Of a stretch of 52,715 nucleotides of DNA, positions 1-10,000 are shown in pieces. This DNA comes from Klebsiella phage vB_Ko_K29PH164C1, in the sequence record OY757094.1, one strand, 5' to 3'. Under the pieces are notes generated by a model that saw nothing but the letters and a program-made list of their open reading frames with translations, was not told the origin of the DNA and ran no database searches. The number at the start of each line of letters is the position of its first letter. Positions within the stretch are counted from its first letter, which is position 1. The translations under genes and the position numbers were made by a program.

Positions 1-522
1 ATGGCTAAGCAACCAAAAGTGAACGTTTCCCACTATGAAGGGAACTTTAAGGAATTGTACAACAAGCGTTATGGCGATATCGTTTCGCGATCCAGAACCT
101 ATACGCCGGAGCAGGTTTTCGATCTGGCGGTTCGGTACTTTACCTGGGCGGAGCAAAACGCAATCACGGCGGCGGAGTCGGCAAGCTTCCAGGGCGAGGT
201 TGAGCAAACGGAAATCTATAAGCCGCGAGTTTTCACCATCAAGGGCTTGCGTCTGTTTTGTTCGTTCAGCGAGGCGGTGTTAATCAAGTGGCGGCGCGAA
301 GAGGGCTACGCTGAAGTGATGGAGTTTATTGATTCTGTCATTGATGAGCAGAAATTCCAGCTTGCGGCGAACGGCGTTATTAATGCTTCCTTTATCGGTA
401 AGGATTTGGGGATCGATAAGCCTGCTACAATCAACGTTGAAACAACGGCGGCTTCCTCTTCCAGCAACGCAACTGAATTGATGATGAAGGATGCGGTAAA
501 CAGCATTCTTGATAATCTGTAA
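1..522 (+). CDS. Putative terminase small subunit
   Basis: ORF immediately upstream of the large terminase; position and size typical; family not certain. Confidence 0.65.
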   Translation: MAKQPKVNVSHYEGNFKELYNKRYGDIVSRSRTYTPEQVFDLAVRYFTWAEQNAITAAESASFQGEVEQTEIYKPRVFTIKGLRLFCSFSEAVLIKWRREEGYAEVMEFIDSVIDEQKFQLAANGVINASFIGKDLGIDKPATINVETTAASSSSNATELMMKDAVNSILDNL

Positions 523-531
523 GGGGGTAAC

Positions 532-2103
532 ATGCTTTTATGGGAAGATCTCAATAACGAGCAAAAGCTGGCGATAAAGGAGCTAAGCAAAACGAATTTC
601 GAAATGATGATTCGAATTTGGTTCCAGCTTATCCAGGCGCAGAAGTTTCAGCCTAACTGGCATCACCGCTACCTTTGTCATGAGGTGGAGGAAATCATTG
701 CAGGCCGTCGCCGGGACACTATATTTAACGTCACTCCCGGCTCAGGTAAAACAGAGGTGTTCTCTATTCACCTTCCTGTTTACGCGATGATTAACCTTGC
801 TAAGATGCGTAACTTGAACGTGTCATTCTCAGACAGCCTCGTTAAGCGTAACAGTAAGCGAGTGCGCGAGATTATCAGCAGCAAGGAGTTTCAGGAGCTA
901 TGGCCCTGCAAGTTCGGAACCAGCAAGGATGATGAAATACAGGTTTTAAACTCATTCGGCAAGGTGTGGTTCGAGCTTATATCCAAGGCGGCGGGCGGTC
1001 AGATTACTGGCTCGCGTGGCGGGTACATGACAGACGGGTTTAGCGGGATGGTCATGCTTGACGATATAGACAAGCCTGACGATATGTTTTCTAAGGTCAA
1101 GCGTGAAAAGGTGCATACGCTACTGAAGAACACAATCCGATCTCGACGCATGAAGGATGACACGCCGATAATCGCTATCCAGCAGCGGCTACACTCTCAG
1201 GACTCAACCTGGTTTATGATGAACGGCGGCATGGGGATAACGTTCGATAAGATCTCAATCCCGGCCCTGGTAACTGAGGAATACGGGAAATCGCTTCCTG
1301 ACTGGTTACAACCGATATTCGAGAAGGATGTTTTATCGTCCGAATTCGTGGAGATTGACGGCGTTAAGCATTATTCGTTTTGGCCCGCTAAGGAATCGGT
1401 TCACGATCTTATGGCGTTGCGCGAGGCGGATTACTACACGTTTCAATCTCAGTATCAACAGGAGCCGATCACCTTGGGCGGTAACGTGTTCAACTCGGAT
1501 TGGTGGCGCTACTACGGAAGCGGGCCGGATGCAGATATGCCGCATCCTGAAAAGTTTGATTACCGTTTCATCACGGCGGACACGGCGCAAAAGACAGGTG
1601 AACTAAACGACTTCAGCGTTGTGATCGAGTGGGGAAGAAAGGGAGACAACATTTTCTTTATCGATGGGGTTCGCGGAAAGTGGGAGGCTCCCGATCTGGC
1701 TATCCAGTTCGAGGCATTCACAAAGAGAGCCTGGAGGAAGAATAAAGCGCTGGGCGTGCTTCGCAAGATATACGTTGAGGATAAGGCATCCGGTACGGGC
1801 TTGATTCAGGACGTGGGGAAAAGAACGCCAATCAGTATAACCGCATTGCAGCGAAATAAGGACAAGGTTACAAGGGCGATGGATGCGCAACCAGTGATAA
1901 AGGCGGGCCGTGTTTACCTACCTGAAGAACATGATATGCTTGTTGAATTCATTGCAGAGCATAGTTCTTTCACGTATGATGATACGCACAAGCATGATGA
2001 CATTTGTGATAACACCTTTGATGCAGTAACCGAAGAATTGCTTATGTCAGACGACCCGATCGAGCGCATGAAGCGTTTAGCGGGATTATCCAAGCGGGGT
2101 TAA
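532..2103 (+). CDS. terL: Terminase large subunit
   Basis: FNVTPGSGKTEVFS Walker A-like motif, GMVMLDDIDKPDD Walker B region, nuclease-like C-terminus (FITADTAQKTGELNDFSVVIEWG, HDDICDNTFDAV). Confidence 0.93.
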   Translation: MLLWEDLNNEQKLAIKELSKTNFEMMIRIWFQLIQAQKFQPNWHHRYLCHEVEEIIAGRRRDTIFNVTPGSGKTEVFSIHLPVYAMINLAKMRNLNVSFSDSLVKRNSKRVREIISSKEFQELWPCKFGTSKDDEIQVLNSFGKVWFELISKAAGGQITGSRGGYMTDGFSGMVMLDDIDKPDDMFSKVKREKVHTLLKNTIRSRRMKDDTPIIAIQQRLHSQDSTWFMMNGGMGITFDKISIPALVTEEYGKSLPDWLQPIFEKDVLSSEFVEIDGVKHYSFWPAKESVHDLMALREADYYTFQSQYQQEPITLGGNVFNSDWWRYYGSGPDADMPHPEKFDYRFITADTAQKTGELNDFSVVIEWGRKGDNIFFIDGVRGKWEAPDLAIQFEAFTKRAWRKNKALGVLRKIYVEDKASGTGLIQDVGKRTPISITALQRNKDKVTRAMDAQPVIKAGRVYLPEEHDMLVEFIAEHSSFTYDDTHKHDDICDNTFDAVTEELLMSDDPIERMKRLAGLSKRG

Positions 2104-2133
2104 TCCCCGCTTTACCCACTGGAGTTTATAACT

Positions 2134-3426
2134 ATGTCAAAGATCGTTAAGATTAAAACGGATGGATACAACGATGTATTCAACCGTGATTGCGGGGCGG
2201 AGATCTCATCTCAAACTATGGGTAATGCGATTAGCTCAAGTATGCAGGGAACTATCGTTGCATTCTATTACGAAGATGCTATGGCGCGCCGAATTGTTGA
2301 TGTGATCCCGGAGGAAATGGTTGCTCCAGGGTTTACCCTCAACGGCGTAAAAGATGATGGCGCTTTTCAGTCACTATGGGATAGCACGAAGGCAGAAGAG
2401 CTAATTACTGATGCGCTTTGCTGGTCACGACTGTTTGGAGGTTCCGGTATCATGGCCCTTGTTAATGATGGTAGAACACTTCGAACTCCCGCAGTTCCAG
2501 AAGGAAGCACGCTTGAATCCATTCGCGTATACGATCGCCACCAGATCACGATTGACACATACGAGAACAACCCGCGAAACCCGCGCTTTGGTCTTCCCAA
2601 GACCTACCGAATCAAGCCGGGCAACTCGCTAAAGGAATTTGTTGTACACCATACGCGAATTCACATCATCGACGGCGAGAGAATCCCTAATGCCGTCCGA
2701 GATGAAAATAAGGGCTGGGGTGTAACGGTTCTCAACCCTAAACTGGTTCACGCGATCCAGGATTACAACAAGTGCGAAGACCTGGCGACGCAGTTACTAC
2801 GCAGAAAACAACAAGCCGTATGGAAGGCTAAAGGGCTTGCGGAACTATGCGACGATAACGAAGGGATGTACGCCGCGCGGTTGCGCTTGGCTCAGGTTGA
2901 TGATAACTCGGGCGTCGGAAACACGATCGGGATTGATGAAGAGTTTGAAGATTACATTGTTTTAAACTCTGATATTTCCGGCGTACCGGAATTCATGCAG
3001 CAGAAGATCGATCGCATCGTCTCTTATTCCGGCATTCATGAAATCATCCTGAAGAACAAAAACACGGGCGGGGTTAGCTCAAGCCAAAACACGGCATTGC
3101 AGACTTTCTATAAACTCATCGACAGAAAGCGCAACGAGGACTACAAGCCGATTCTTGAATTCCTGCTTCCTTTCATGCTTAACGAGAAGGAGTGGAGCGT
3201 TGAATTCGAGCCGTTATCGATCCCGTCCGATAAAGAGAAGTCTGAGATCATGAAGGCCAACGCCGAGGCGGTAGGCTCTTTGGTTGACAAGCAGATCATC
3301 GACGACGAAGAGGCGCGCGACACGCTGGAATCCCTCAACATCGGCCTGAAGCTGAAGGTTGGCGGGGCGAAACTACCCAAGCGCAAAGAGGTGAAAGAAG
3401 AGGTGAAGAATGAAGATAAGCGCTAG
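2134..3426 (+). CDS. Portal protein (DUF1073-like)
   Basis: Position after terL; DAMARRIVDVIPEEMVAPGF and SGVPEFMQQKIDRIVSYSGIHEIIL motifs typical of this portal family. Confidence 0.85.
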   Translation: MSKIVKIKTDGYNDVFNRDCGAEISSQTMGNAISSSMQGTIVAFYYEDAMARRIVDVIPEEMVAPGFTLNGVKDDGAFQSLWDSTKAEELITDALCWSRLFGGSGIMALVNDGRTLRTPAVPEGSTLESIRVYDRHQITIDTYENNPRNPRFGLPKTYRIKPGNSLKEFVVHHTRIHIIDGERIPNAVRDENKGWGVTVLNPKLVHAIQDYNKCEDLATQLLRRKQQAVWKAKGLAELCDDNEGMYAARLRLAQVDDNSGVGNTIGIDEEFEDYIVLNSDISGVPEFMQQKIDRIVSYSGIHEIILKNKNTGGVSSSQNTALQTFYKLIDRKRNEDYKPILEFLLPFMLNEKEWSVEFEPLSIPSDKEKSEIMKANAEAVGSLVDKQIIDDEEARDTLESLNIGLKLKVGGAKLPKRKEVKEEVKNEDKR

Positions 3427-4180
3427 AATCCCGGCATGGCGCTATCCTGAAGCAAGCGAGCGGGCATTGTCCCGCCGCTTACAAGAGGCAACCCGCGATC
3501 TTGTTGTTGAGATGCGGGATCGCCTGGATAGCCTGAAGTTTGACGCAACCAACGAGGAGATCGAAGAGGCGGAATCCGACATTGAAGAAAGAGCTTTCGA
3601 AATCTTTATGGCTGTTATTGCTGGCCTGGCGGCGGTTGGTCTTACTGTGTATCGCTTCAACTCTCAGCAGTGGTTAGCTATTGCGCTGGCGGCTGGTGGG
3701 AAGGATAACCCGGCGATAATGACACTGAAGCAAAACGGGCCTATTGGTGCGGAGCCGTGGTATCAGGAGAAGTTAGAACGGTGGCAAGGTGTAGCAACAA
3801 CCAGTGTTAGGAAGCTTGCTAACGATATCGTCTCTGACTGGTCAATCAAGGTAAAGGCAGCTAACGCCAAAGGCGCGAGCCGAGAAGATATCGACGATAT
3901 AATCGAAGAACGTTACGCTATCTATGGTAGCTGGTCAAAGAATCGCGCTTCGGGTATAATTGGCACGTTTAGCAGTATGCTAATGATGCAAAGGCTTGTT
4001 GATGCGAAAGTGTCGCATTACTTTTGGTTTGGTGTGATGGACGATCGCGAAAGAGAATCTCACGTTAAGCTTGAGGGGGCGCGCCGACCAGTCAACGGAA
4101 AGGGGATATTCCCCGGAGAAGAATACGGTTGCAGATGCTGGGCCGTACCGGACTTTAAAAACATAGAGGTAAGGCAATGA
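3410..4180 (+). CDS. Head morphogenesis protein (SPP1 gp7 / Mu F-like)
   Basis: Follows portal; C-terminal DDRERESHVKLEGARRPVNGKGIFPGEEYGCRCWAVP is the characteristic minor-head signature. Confidence 0.85.
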   Translation: MKISARIPAWRYPEASERALSRRLQEATRDLVVEMRDRLDSLKFDATNEEIEEAESDIEERAFEIFMAVIAGLAAVGLTVYRFNSQQWLAIALAAGGKDNPAIMTLKQNGPIGAEPWYQEKLERWQGVATTSVRKLANDIVSDWSIKVKAANAKGASREDIDDIIEERYAIYGSWSKNRASGIIGTFSSMLMMQRLVDAKVSHYFWFGVMDDRERESHVKLEGARRPVNGKGIFPGEEYGCRCWAVPDFKNIEVRQ

Positions 4181-5310
4181 AAAAGGTTCAAAGGTTTGAT
4201 GTAGCGCGGGTTAAGGCCCGCTTTGATGAGAATGGCTTTCTGGTTGACACTCCTATCGTTGCTCGCATCGGCGCGCAGACGTACCAGACGCCGAAAGGGC
4301 CGCGCGTTGAATTCCGTCCGGCGTCCGAGGTATTTGATAGCGAATCCCTCGAATCATTTCGCGGGAAGCCGATCACGCTAGGTCACACGATGGTTAACGC
4401 CAAGAACGCAAAAGATCTCGTTGTTGGTTCATGTTCTGGCGCTGGTAAGCGCGATCATGACGGCGTAGGCGTATTGGCTCCCGTAACCGTTTATGATGAG
4501 CATTCGATCGGGCAGGCGAAGAAGAAAATCGCGGCGGAATTATCGGTTGGTTACACTTCGGTTGATATCGATCGCAAGGGGTGGGGAAATAACGCCACTG
4601 GTGAATATTACTTTGATGAAGATTTGCCGGAAAACTTCGACGCGCTAAAACAAGACGCTGCGGATGATTGGGTTAGGTTTGATGCCGTTCAAACTTGCAT
4701 TAGGGTTAATCATATCGCGTTAGTATTTAAAGGTCGCGCCGGAATTGCTAAATTAAACCTTGACAGTGAGCAAGAGTTTCCTTACTCTAACCACGTCAAC
4801 AACAAAGAGGAAAAGACTATGATTATCAAACTCGACGGCGTAGAAGTTGAAGTTTCCGAGCAGGTCGGAGCACACATCGCCAAACTCGACACGCAGATCG
4901 CCACCGCCGCGACGGCGAGCCAGAATACGATTGCAACATTAACCGCAGAGCGTGATCAGCTTCAGGTTAAAGTTGACGGCATCCCGGCAGCAATTGAAGC
5001 CGCCGTTACCGCCGCGAAAGAAGATGCAAAAGCACTTTCCGATCTGGTTGCTATCGTTGGCGGCGCTGGCATTAAGACCGATGGACTGAGTGCCAAAGAG
5101 CTTAAGATCGCCTACGTTAAAGAGGTGGCAAAGATTGACGTTTCTGATAAAGATGATGTTTACATTGATGCATCCTTTGACGTTGCGCAAAAATCTGATA
5201 ATATGGCACAGCAGCGTTTAGACGCAGCAGGCCGAGCGCAGGAAGATTCCGGCAAGGCAAAAGAAGACGCTGACGAAATCCCCGATCCTCAAGCGCGTTT
5301 TCGTAAGTAA
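4177..5310 (+). CDS. DUF2213-like capsid protease/scaffold-type protein
   Basis: N-terminal DSESLESFRGKPITLGHTMVNAKNAKDLVVG; long coiled acidic C-terminus; ATGA overlap with upstream gene. Confidence 0.7.
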   Translation: MKKVQRFDVARVKARFDENGFLVDTPIVARIGAQTYQTPKGPRVEFRPASEVFDSESLESFRGKPITLGHTMVNAKNAKDLVVGSCSGAGKRDHDGVGVLAPVTVYDEHSIGQAKKKIAAELSVGYTSVDIDRKGWGNNATGEYYFDEDLPENFDALKQDAADDWVRFDAVQTCIRVNHIALVFKGRAGIAKLNLDSEQEFPYSNHVNNKEEKTMIIKLDGVEVEVSEQVGAHIAKLDTQIATAATASQNTIATLTAERDQLQVKVDGIPAAIEAAVTAAKEDAKALSDLVAIVGGAGIKTDGLSAKELKIAYVKEVAKIDVSDKDDVYIDASFDVAQKSDNMAQQRLDAAGRAQEDSGKAKEDADEIPDPQARFRK

Positions 5311-5364
5311 GCAATCATTGCGCCCCCAGGGGCGCTAATCAAAATCTGAAGAAGGAAATAAATT

Positions 5365-5874
5365 ATGTCTCTCATTCGTGCATCTTATACGGTTCATCGC
5401 GGCCAGGCTTACGCAGGCCAGATTGCTGATACTTCTCTTTACAATATCGATGGCGCTTGCGTTGCATCCGCGAAGTTTGCGATCGGCAAGCTTGTTTGCG
5501 TAGATCAGGTTCAACCAGTAGAAGGCCATAAGGTTGTTTCGGTAGCAAAAGATGCTACTAAGCCGCTTTTGGGTGTTGCGGTAATGTCTCATGCTTACTC
5601 GCCGACTGGCGAATATGAGGAAGGCGTTGCAGTTAACGTAATGACTCACGGTCGCGTTTGGGCGCTGGTAAAAGCCGATGGCTTCACTGATGCGGATGCT
5701 GGTTTTGATAAGGCTGTATCATTCAACGCTGAAGGCGTTATTGATAAGGCTGGCACCATCAAAACCGGGTATACCTTCACTGGCGAAGTGCTTCCGACCA
5801 CTGACGCGAAATATAAAATCGCGAAAATTCAGCTAATCCAATCAGCCAAAGCGCCTGCCGCTTCCGCTGGTTAA
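5365..5874 (+). CDS. Putative head decoration/structural cement protein
   Basis: Small protein directly before the major capsid gene; beta-rich, Gly/Val repeats. Confidence 0.6.
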   Translation: MSLIRASYTVHRGQAYAGQIADTSLYNIDGACVASAKFAIGKLVCVDQVQPVEGHKVVSVAKDATKPLLGVAVMSHAYSPTGEYEEGVAVNVMTHGRVWALVKADGFTDADAGFDKAVSFNAEGVIDKAGTIKTGYTFTGEVLPTTDAKYKIAKIQLIQSAKAPAASAG

Positions 5875-5997
5875 TTGTGGTGGTGGAATTAATTTTCCAC
5901 CATAACACACAAAAACTTTTGACCGATTAACAAAAAGTGCTATTATGAAGCCGTGTTTAACTATACGGCTTTTTAAATCCAAGAAGGAAAAAATCAT

Positions 5998-6940
5998 GAC
6001 TATGAAACTCGACGCATTCGAACAGAATCACATTACCCAATGCATGCAGCGGATGGGCGTTTCGGCAGAGAAAGCCGATCAGATGGGTATCTGGACTGTT
6101 CAGCAGTTAAAGCAGACTCTGAAGCGACAGTATGAAGCAATGTACCCTGAAACCTCAGCGCTGGCACTGTTCCCGGTTACTACCGAACTGGCACCGACAA
6201 CTAACGTTTTCGAATACATGACCTTTGACGGCGTGGCAATGGCTAAAATCATTGCTGACTATACCGACGACCTGCCGACCGTTGAGGCAATGTCTGGTAC
6301 TGAAACTGGCAAGGTGCATCGCTTCGGTAACGCCTGGTTGATCTCTATTGACGAAATCAAAACTGGTGCGGCTATGGGTAACAGCCTTAGCGACCGTAAA
6401 GCTACGCTGGCGCGTGAAGCGCATGAAACCCTGCTTAACAAGCTGGTGTTTAAAGGCTCCAAGCCTCACAAGATCGTTTCAATTTTCGACCATCCGAACA
6501 TTACGAAAATCACCTCCAAGGGCTGGACTACAGACCCGGAAGTAGCAGAAGATGAGATGATGGATTTGATCGAGAAAATCGAAACTATCACCAACGGCCT
6601 TCACAAAGTAACCAACATTGTGATCCCGCCGTCTAAGCGTCGCCTGCTGGCTAAGCGTATGCCGGATACTACCATGACTTACCTGGACTGGTTCAAGACT
6701 CAGAACAACGGCATTACCTTTGAGTCTATCGCAGAACTGGAAGACGTGGACGGCGCAGGCACCAAAGCGGTACTGGCTTATGAGAAGTCGCCGATGAACA
6801 TGAGCATTGAGATCCCGGAAGCGTTTAACATGCTGCCGATGCAGCCTAAAGATCTGCATTTCAAAGTTCCTTGCACCTCCAAAGCCACGGGCCTTATCAT
6901 TTATCGCCCACTGACTATTGCAATGCTGGTTGGCGTGTAA
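5998..6940 (+). CDS. Major capsid protein (DUF2184-like)
   Basis: Position and size; KIVSIFDHPNITKITSKGW...PSKRRLLAKRMPDTTMTYLDWFKTQN; strong RBS (AAGAAGG) before ATG. Confidence 0.8.
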
Positions 6941-7003
6941 TACACTACAGGCACTTACTTAGTAAGTGCCTTTTTTAAAACGTAAATTTAAGGAGTCATC
7001 AAA

Positions 7004-7270
7004 ATGGCTAAAGAAACCGCAGCAATCACTCTCGTTAATATCGGCCTTTGCATCATCCGAATCGCAAAAGAAGATCTGGCCCCCGGCGCTGAATTTGAAG
7101 TTTCGCCGGATTTCCTGAAAACTCAAGCAGCGAAGAACATTTTCGTTAGTAAGCAGGTTGAATTCCTTGATGACAGTAAGCGAACAAAAGCATTCATTGC
7201 CGACATTAAGCAGAAGAAAGTAAAAGAGCTAACCAAAGAACAGCTTGAAGATGGCGGCGAAATCAAATAA
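7004..7270 (+). CDS. Small conserved virion-module protein
   Basis: Flanked by terminators; RBS AAGGAG; between capsid and connector genes. Confidence 0.6.
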   Translation: MAKETAAITLVNIGLCIIRIAKEDLAPGAEFEVSPDFLKTQAAKNIFVSKQVEFLDDSKRTKAFIADIKQKKVKELTKEQLEDGGEIK

Positions 7271-7321
7271 CATTTAGGGACTCTATAAAGAGTCCCTTTT
7301 TTATTACCTGGAGAAAATACC

Positions 7322-7735
7322 ATGAATCAAGAAGAAGAGTTTGAGAAAGCGTATCAGTTTATGATCGCGCTAGTCCCGGCGCTTAAGCGGGTGGATAAAG
7401 ATCAGGTTATGGCCTTCGTCCTGCTGGCTAGCGACTTCGTTTGCAAGTCTAAGTTTGGCGATCGCTATCACCGGGCACTTGCTCTCTACACGCTGCACTC
7501 TATGTTTTTGGATGGAGCGCTTAAAGAAGAGAGCGAAGGCATAGAGGAATACTCGCGGAGAATTGCATCATTTACGCTGACTGGTGAATTTAGTCAGACA
7601 TTCGCGGCGGTTTCCGAGGGGGCGGGCAATCTAATAACCTCAACACCTTGGGGCAAACAGTACCGAACCTTACTCATGAAGTGCGGCGGCGGCTTCGGCC
7701 TCATTGCCGGAATTCGTCCGAGGTGCCAACGATGA
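7322..7735 (+). CDS. Head-tail connector-type protein (DUF4054-like)
   Basis: Position and helical composition; followed by overlapping gene. Confidence 0.55.
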   Translation: MNQEEEFEKAYQFMIALVPALKRVDKDQVMAFVLLASDFVCKSKFGDRYHRALALYTLHSMFLDGALKEESEGIEEYSRRIASFTLTGEFSQTFAAVSEGAGNLITSTPWGKQYRTLLMKCGGGFGLIAGIRPRCQR

Positions 7736-8106
7736 ACTATGCTAAAATACAAAGAATGGCAACAAAGGGAATCAACTTCTTCAGTGATGAAGATGGGGTT
7801 TTCGATCTGATTATCTCAGGCGGCGGCGACGCCGAATTTATCGACGGAAAGATCGTTGAAAAGCCGGAGGTAAGAGCCAAGATTAAAGGCGCGGTTCGAG
7901 ACGTAAAAGATCGAGACATTAACGGGGAGACAATCCTTGCGGGCGATAAGCGAGGATTCTTTACTCATGACGTGCCTATTGAGCAGGGGATGACCGTTAT
8001 TATCGACGGCGAGCATTACCGGGTAGTTAATGCTAGACCAGTCAGGCCAACTAAAACGGTTGTTGCTTATCGGCCTATACTCAGGAGGGTTGCGGTAATT
8101 GGCTAA
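7730..8106 (+). CDS. Head completion/adaptor-like protein
   Basis: ATG at ~7730 (MNYAKIQRMATKGINFFSDEDG); beta-rich protein in the connector block. Confidence 0.5.
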
Positions 8107-8536
8107 CTACACGATAAACGAATTCCACGGAGCTATTGATAATTGGATTAACGCCGCAGGGAAGGGGCTAGAGGACGTTGTAAGGTTTACCTCCGAAGAT
8201 ATACTTAAAGATTTAGTTAACGGCTCTCCGGTCGATACAGGGCGATTTAAGGGCAACTGGCAAATAACTTTTAACCAGGCTCCCCTATACGCTCTCAACC
8301 GATACGACCGCGAAGGTAGCAGCACCATAGCGGAAGGAAACGCAGAGATCGCTAGGTTCGGTAAAGGGGTTGGCATTACAACGATATGGTTTAGTAACAT
8401 GCTGATTTACGCAAACGCTCTCGAATATGGACACTCGCAGCAAGCGCCTAACGGCGTCATGGGGATTGTAGCCCTTCGCCTGGGCGTGTACGTAACGAAT
8501 GCAATAAAAAAAGCGAGGGCTGAAAATGCACTATGA
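8099..8536 (+). CDS. HK97 gp10-like tail completion protein
   Basis: LKDLVNGSPVDTGRFKGNWQITFN...NMLIYANALEYGHSQQAPNGVMGI signature. Confidence 0.8.
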   Translation: MANYTINEFHGAIDNWINAAGKGLEDVVRFTSEDILKDLVNGSPVDTGRFKGNWQITFNQAPLYALNRYDREGSSTIAEGNAEIARFGKGVGITTIWFSNMLIYANALEYGHSQQAPNGVMGIVALRLGVYVTNAIKKARAENAL

Positions 8537-8918
8537 ATTAGAAGTTGATGCAAGGGATTTTGTATATAAATCCTTTAAGCAGTATCCGATCGCAATTGAC
8601 AATGTAAGCTTCAAGCCTCCCGCTGATGGCTCTATGTGGTTGCGGTTCCGATACCTCCCGGCAGTGAGTGAGCCAGTATCACTCGACCGAGAGTGTATGG
8701 TTTACGTTGGTATGGCTCAGGTTGATGTTGTCTTTCGCCCTGGTGTTGGGAACGACAAGGCAAATAAATTGGCCAAGGATATAGCCAAGGCCGCAAAAGA
8801 TGGTATAATGCTTCCGAATTGCTACATTTACGAATGCGGCAAAGTCCATCCAGTACAGAAGAGTGAAACGGGCTGGTTCATTCCGGTGCGGTTCGCAGTA
8901 AGAACAGAAACCAAATAG
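8526..8918 (+). CDS. Tail terminator-like protein
   Basis: Position between gp10-like and tail tube genes; size and fold type. Confidence 0.6.
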   Translation: MHYELEVDARDFVYKSFKQYPIAIDNVSFKPPADGSMWLRFRYLPAVSEPVSLDRECMVYVGMAQVDVVFRPGVGNDKANKLAKDIAKAAKDGIMLPNCYIYECGKVHPVQKSETGWFIPVRFAVRTETK

Positions 8919-8929
8919 AGGATCACATT

Positions 8930-9589
8930 ATGCACTTACCTAACGGCGCAAAAGTATTTGTTGAGAGCAAGCGCGATGCCGAGATCGCATTTACCAAAAT
9001 GACCAACGCAGCAGCCAACCCGGTTGTAACCGTATCCGACACAAGCAAAATTGCCGCGAAAGATATCTTCATCATCACCGCTTCCGCATGGTCTGGTGTC
9101 GTGAACAAAGTTGTTCGCATCAAGTCCGTTGATGCCGCGGCTAAAACCGCAACCCTGGAAGAGCTGAACACTTCAGATCTTAACCTGTTCCCGGCTGGCG
9201 GCGCTGGTTCGTTCGCTAAGATCTCCGGCTGGTCTGAGATCCCTTGTGTACAAGACCTGGGGAAAGAAGGCGGCGAGCAGCAATACTACACCTATCAATG
9301 CCTGGCGGATGAAGAAGAGCAGAGCGAGCCGACCTATAAGAGCGCAACCACGCTTACTTATAACTTCGCCCACGACTTCACCAACCCGATCTATGCAACC
9401 CTTCGGGCGGCTGATAAGGCGAAAGAAGCGAAGGCGTTTTATATGTACGTCCCGCGCGCGAAAGAAAATCGCTACTGGTCTGGTGTGCCGTCATTTGACG
9501 ATATCCCGTCCACTGCGGTTAACGAAATGGAAACCGTACTGCTTTCTATCGCGGTGAAAGGTCGTCACGTTTTCTTACCTGCAAGTTAA
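8930..9589 (+). CDS. Major tail (tube) protein
   Basis: Position before the G/GT chaperone pair; size; GAKVFVESKRDAEIAFTKMTNAANPVVTVSDTSKI. Confidence 0.75.
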   Translation: MHLPNGAKVFVESKRDAEIAFTKMTNAAANPVVTVSDTSKIAAKDIFIITASAWSGVVNKVVRIKSVDAAAKTATLEELNTSDLNLFPAGGAGSFAKISGWSEIPCVQDLGKEGGEQQYYTYQCLADEEEQSEPTYKSATTLTYNFAHDFTNPIYATLRAADKAKEAKAFYMYVPRAKENRYWSGVPSFDDIPSTAVNEMETVLLSIAVKGRHVFLPAS

Positions 9590-9591
9590 TT

Positions 9592-9618
9592 CAAAGGGGG
9601 CGCTTGCGCTCCCTTTTC
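9592..9618 (+). terminator. Rho-independent terminator downstream of tail tube gene
   Basis: AAAGGGGGCGC-TT-GCGCTCCCTTTTCTTTT hairpin plus T-rich run. Confidence 0.65.
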
Positions 9619-9665
9619 TTTTGTGTATAATCACCATAAATTCACTAAACAAAGAGGTTCAACAA

Positions 9666-9977
9666 ATGGCTAAGTTCAAACTCAAAATTGGCGCTCTTCC
9701 TGATTTTAAACTCCCGGTTCCGTTCCTGCTGCCTAACGGCGAAGATTGCGAGATCGTGTTTACCGTCAAGCACAAGAAAAGCAGCGAAGTAGAAGAGCTT
9801 TTTGATAAGGGCGCGAAAAACCTTGAGTTTATCAAGTTCCTTTGTGTCGGTTGGGATCTTGAAGAAGAGTTTAACGATGAAAACATCCTTGAGCTTTGCG
9901 GCCTGTTCCCTTCAATCCCGCTAATGCTCCCGCAAGAATACTTTAAGGCTCTTGCGGGTTATCGGGCAAAAAACTAA
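9666..9977 (+). CDS. Tail assembly chaperone (lambda G-like, zero-frame product)
   Basis: MAKFKLKIGALPDFKLPVPFLLPNGEDCEIVFTVKHKK; ends at the A-AAA-AAC slippery site. Confidence 0.85.
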   Translation: MAKFKLKIGALPDFKLPVPFLLPNGEDCEIVFTVKHKKSSEVEELFDKGAKNLEFIKFLCVGWDLEEEFNDENILELCGLFPSIPLMLPQEYFKALAGYRAKN

Positions 9978-10000
9978 AAAGGGCCGTTAAGCTATCTCAG

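Noticed and set aside
2134-3426. Possible anti-CBASS (Acb1) function for the portal-position gene
   Set aside because: The DUF1073 family is sometimes labelled with Acb1 in databases, but synteny and size here fit a portal; no phosphodiesterase HxT motif pair was recognised.
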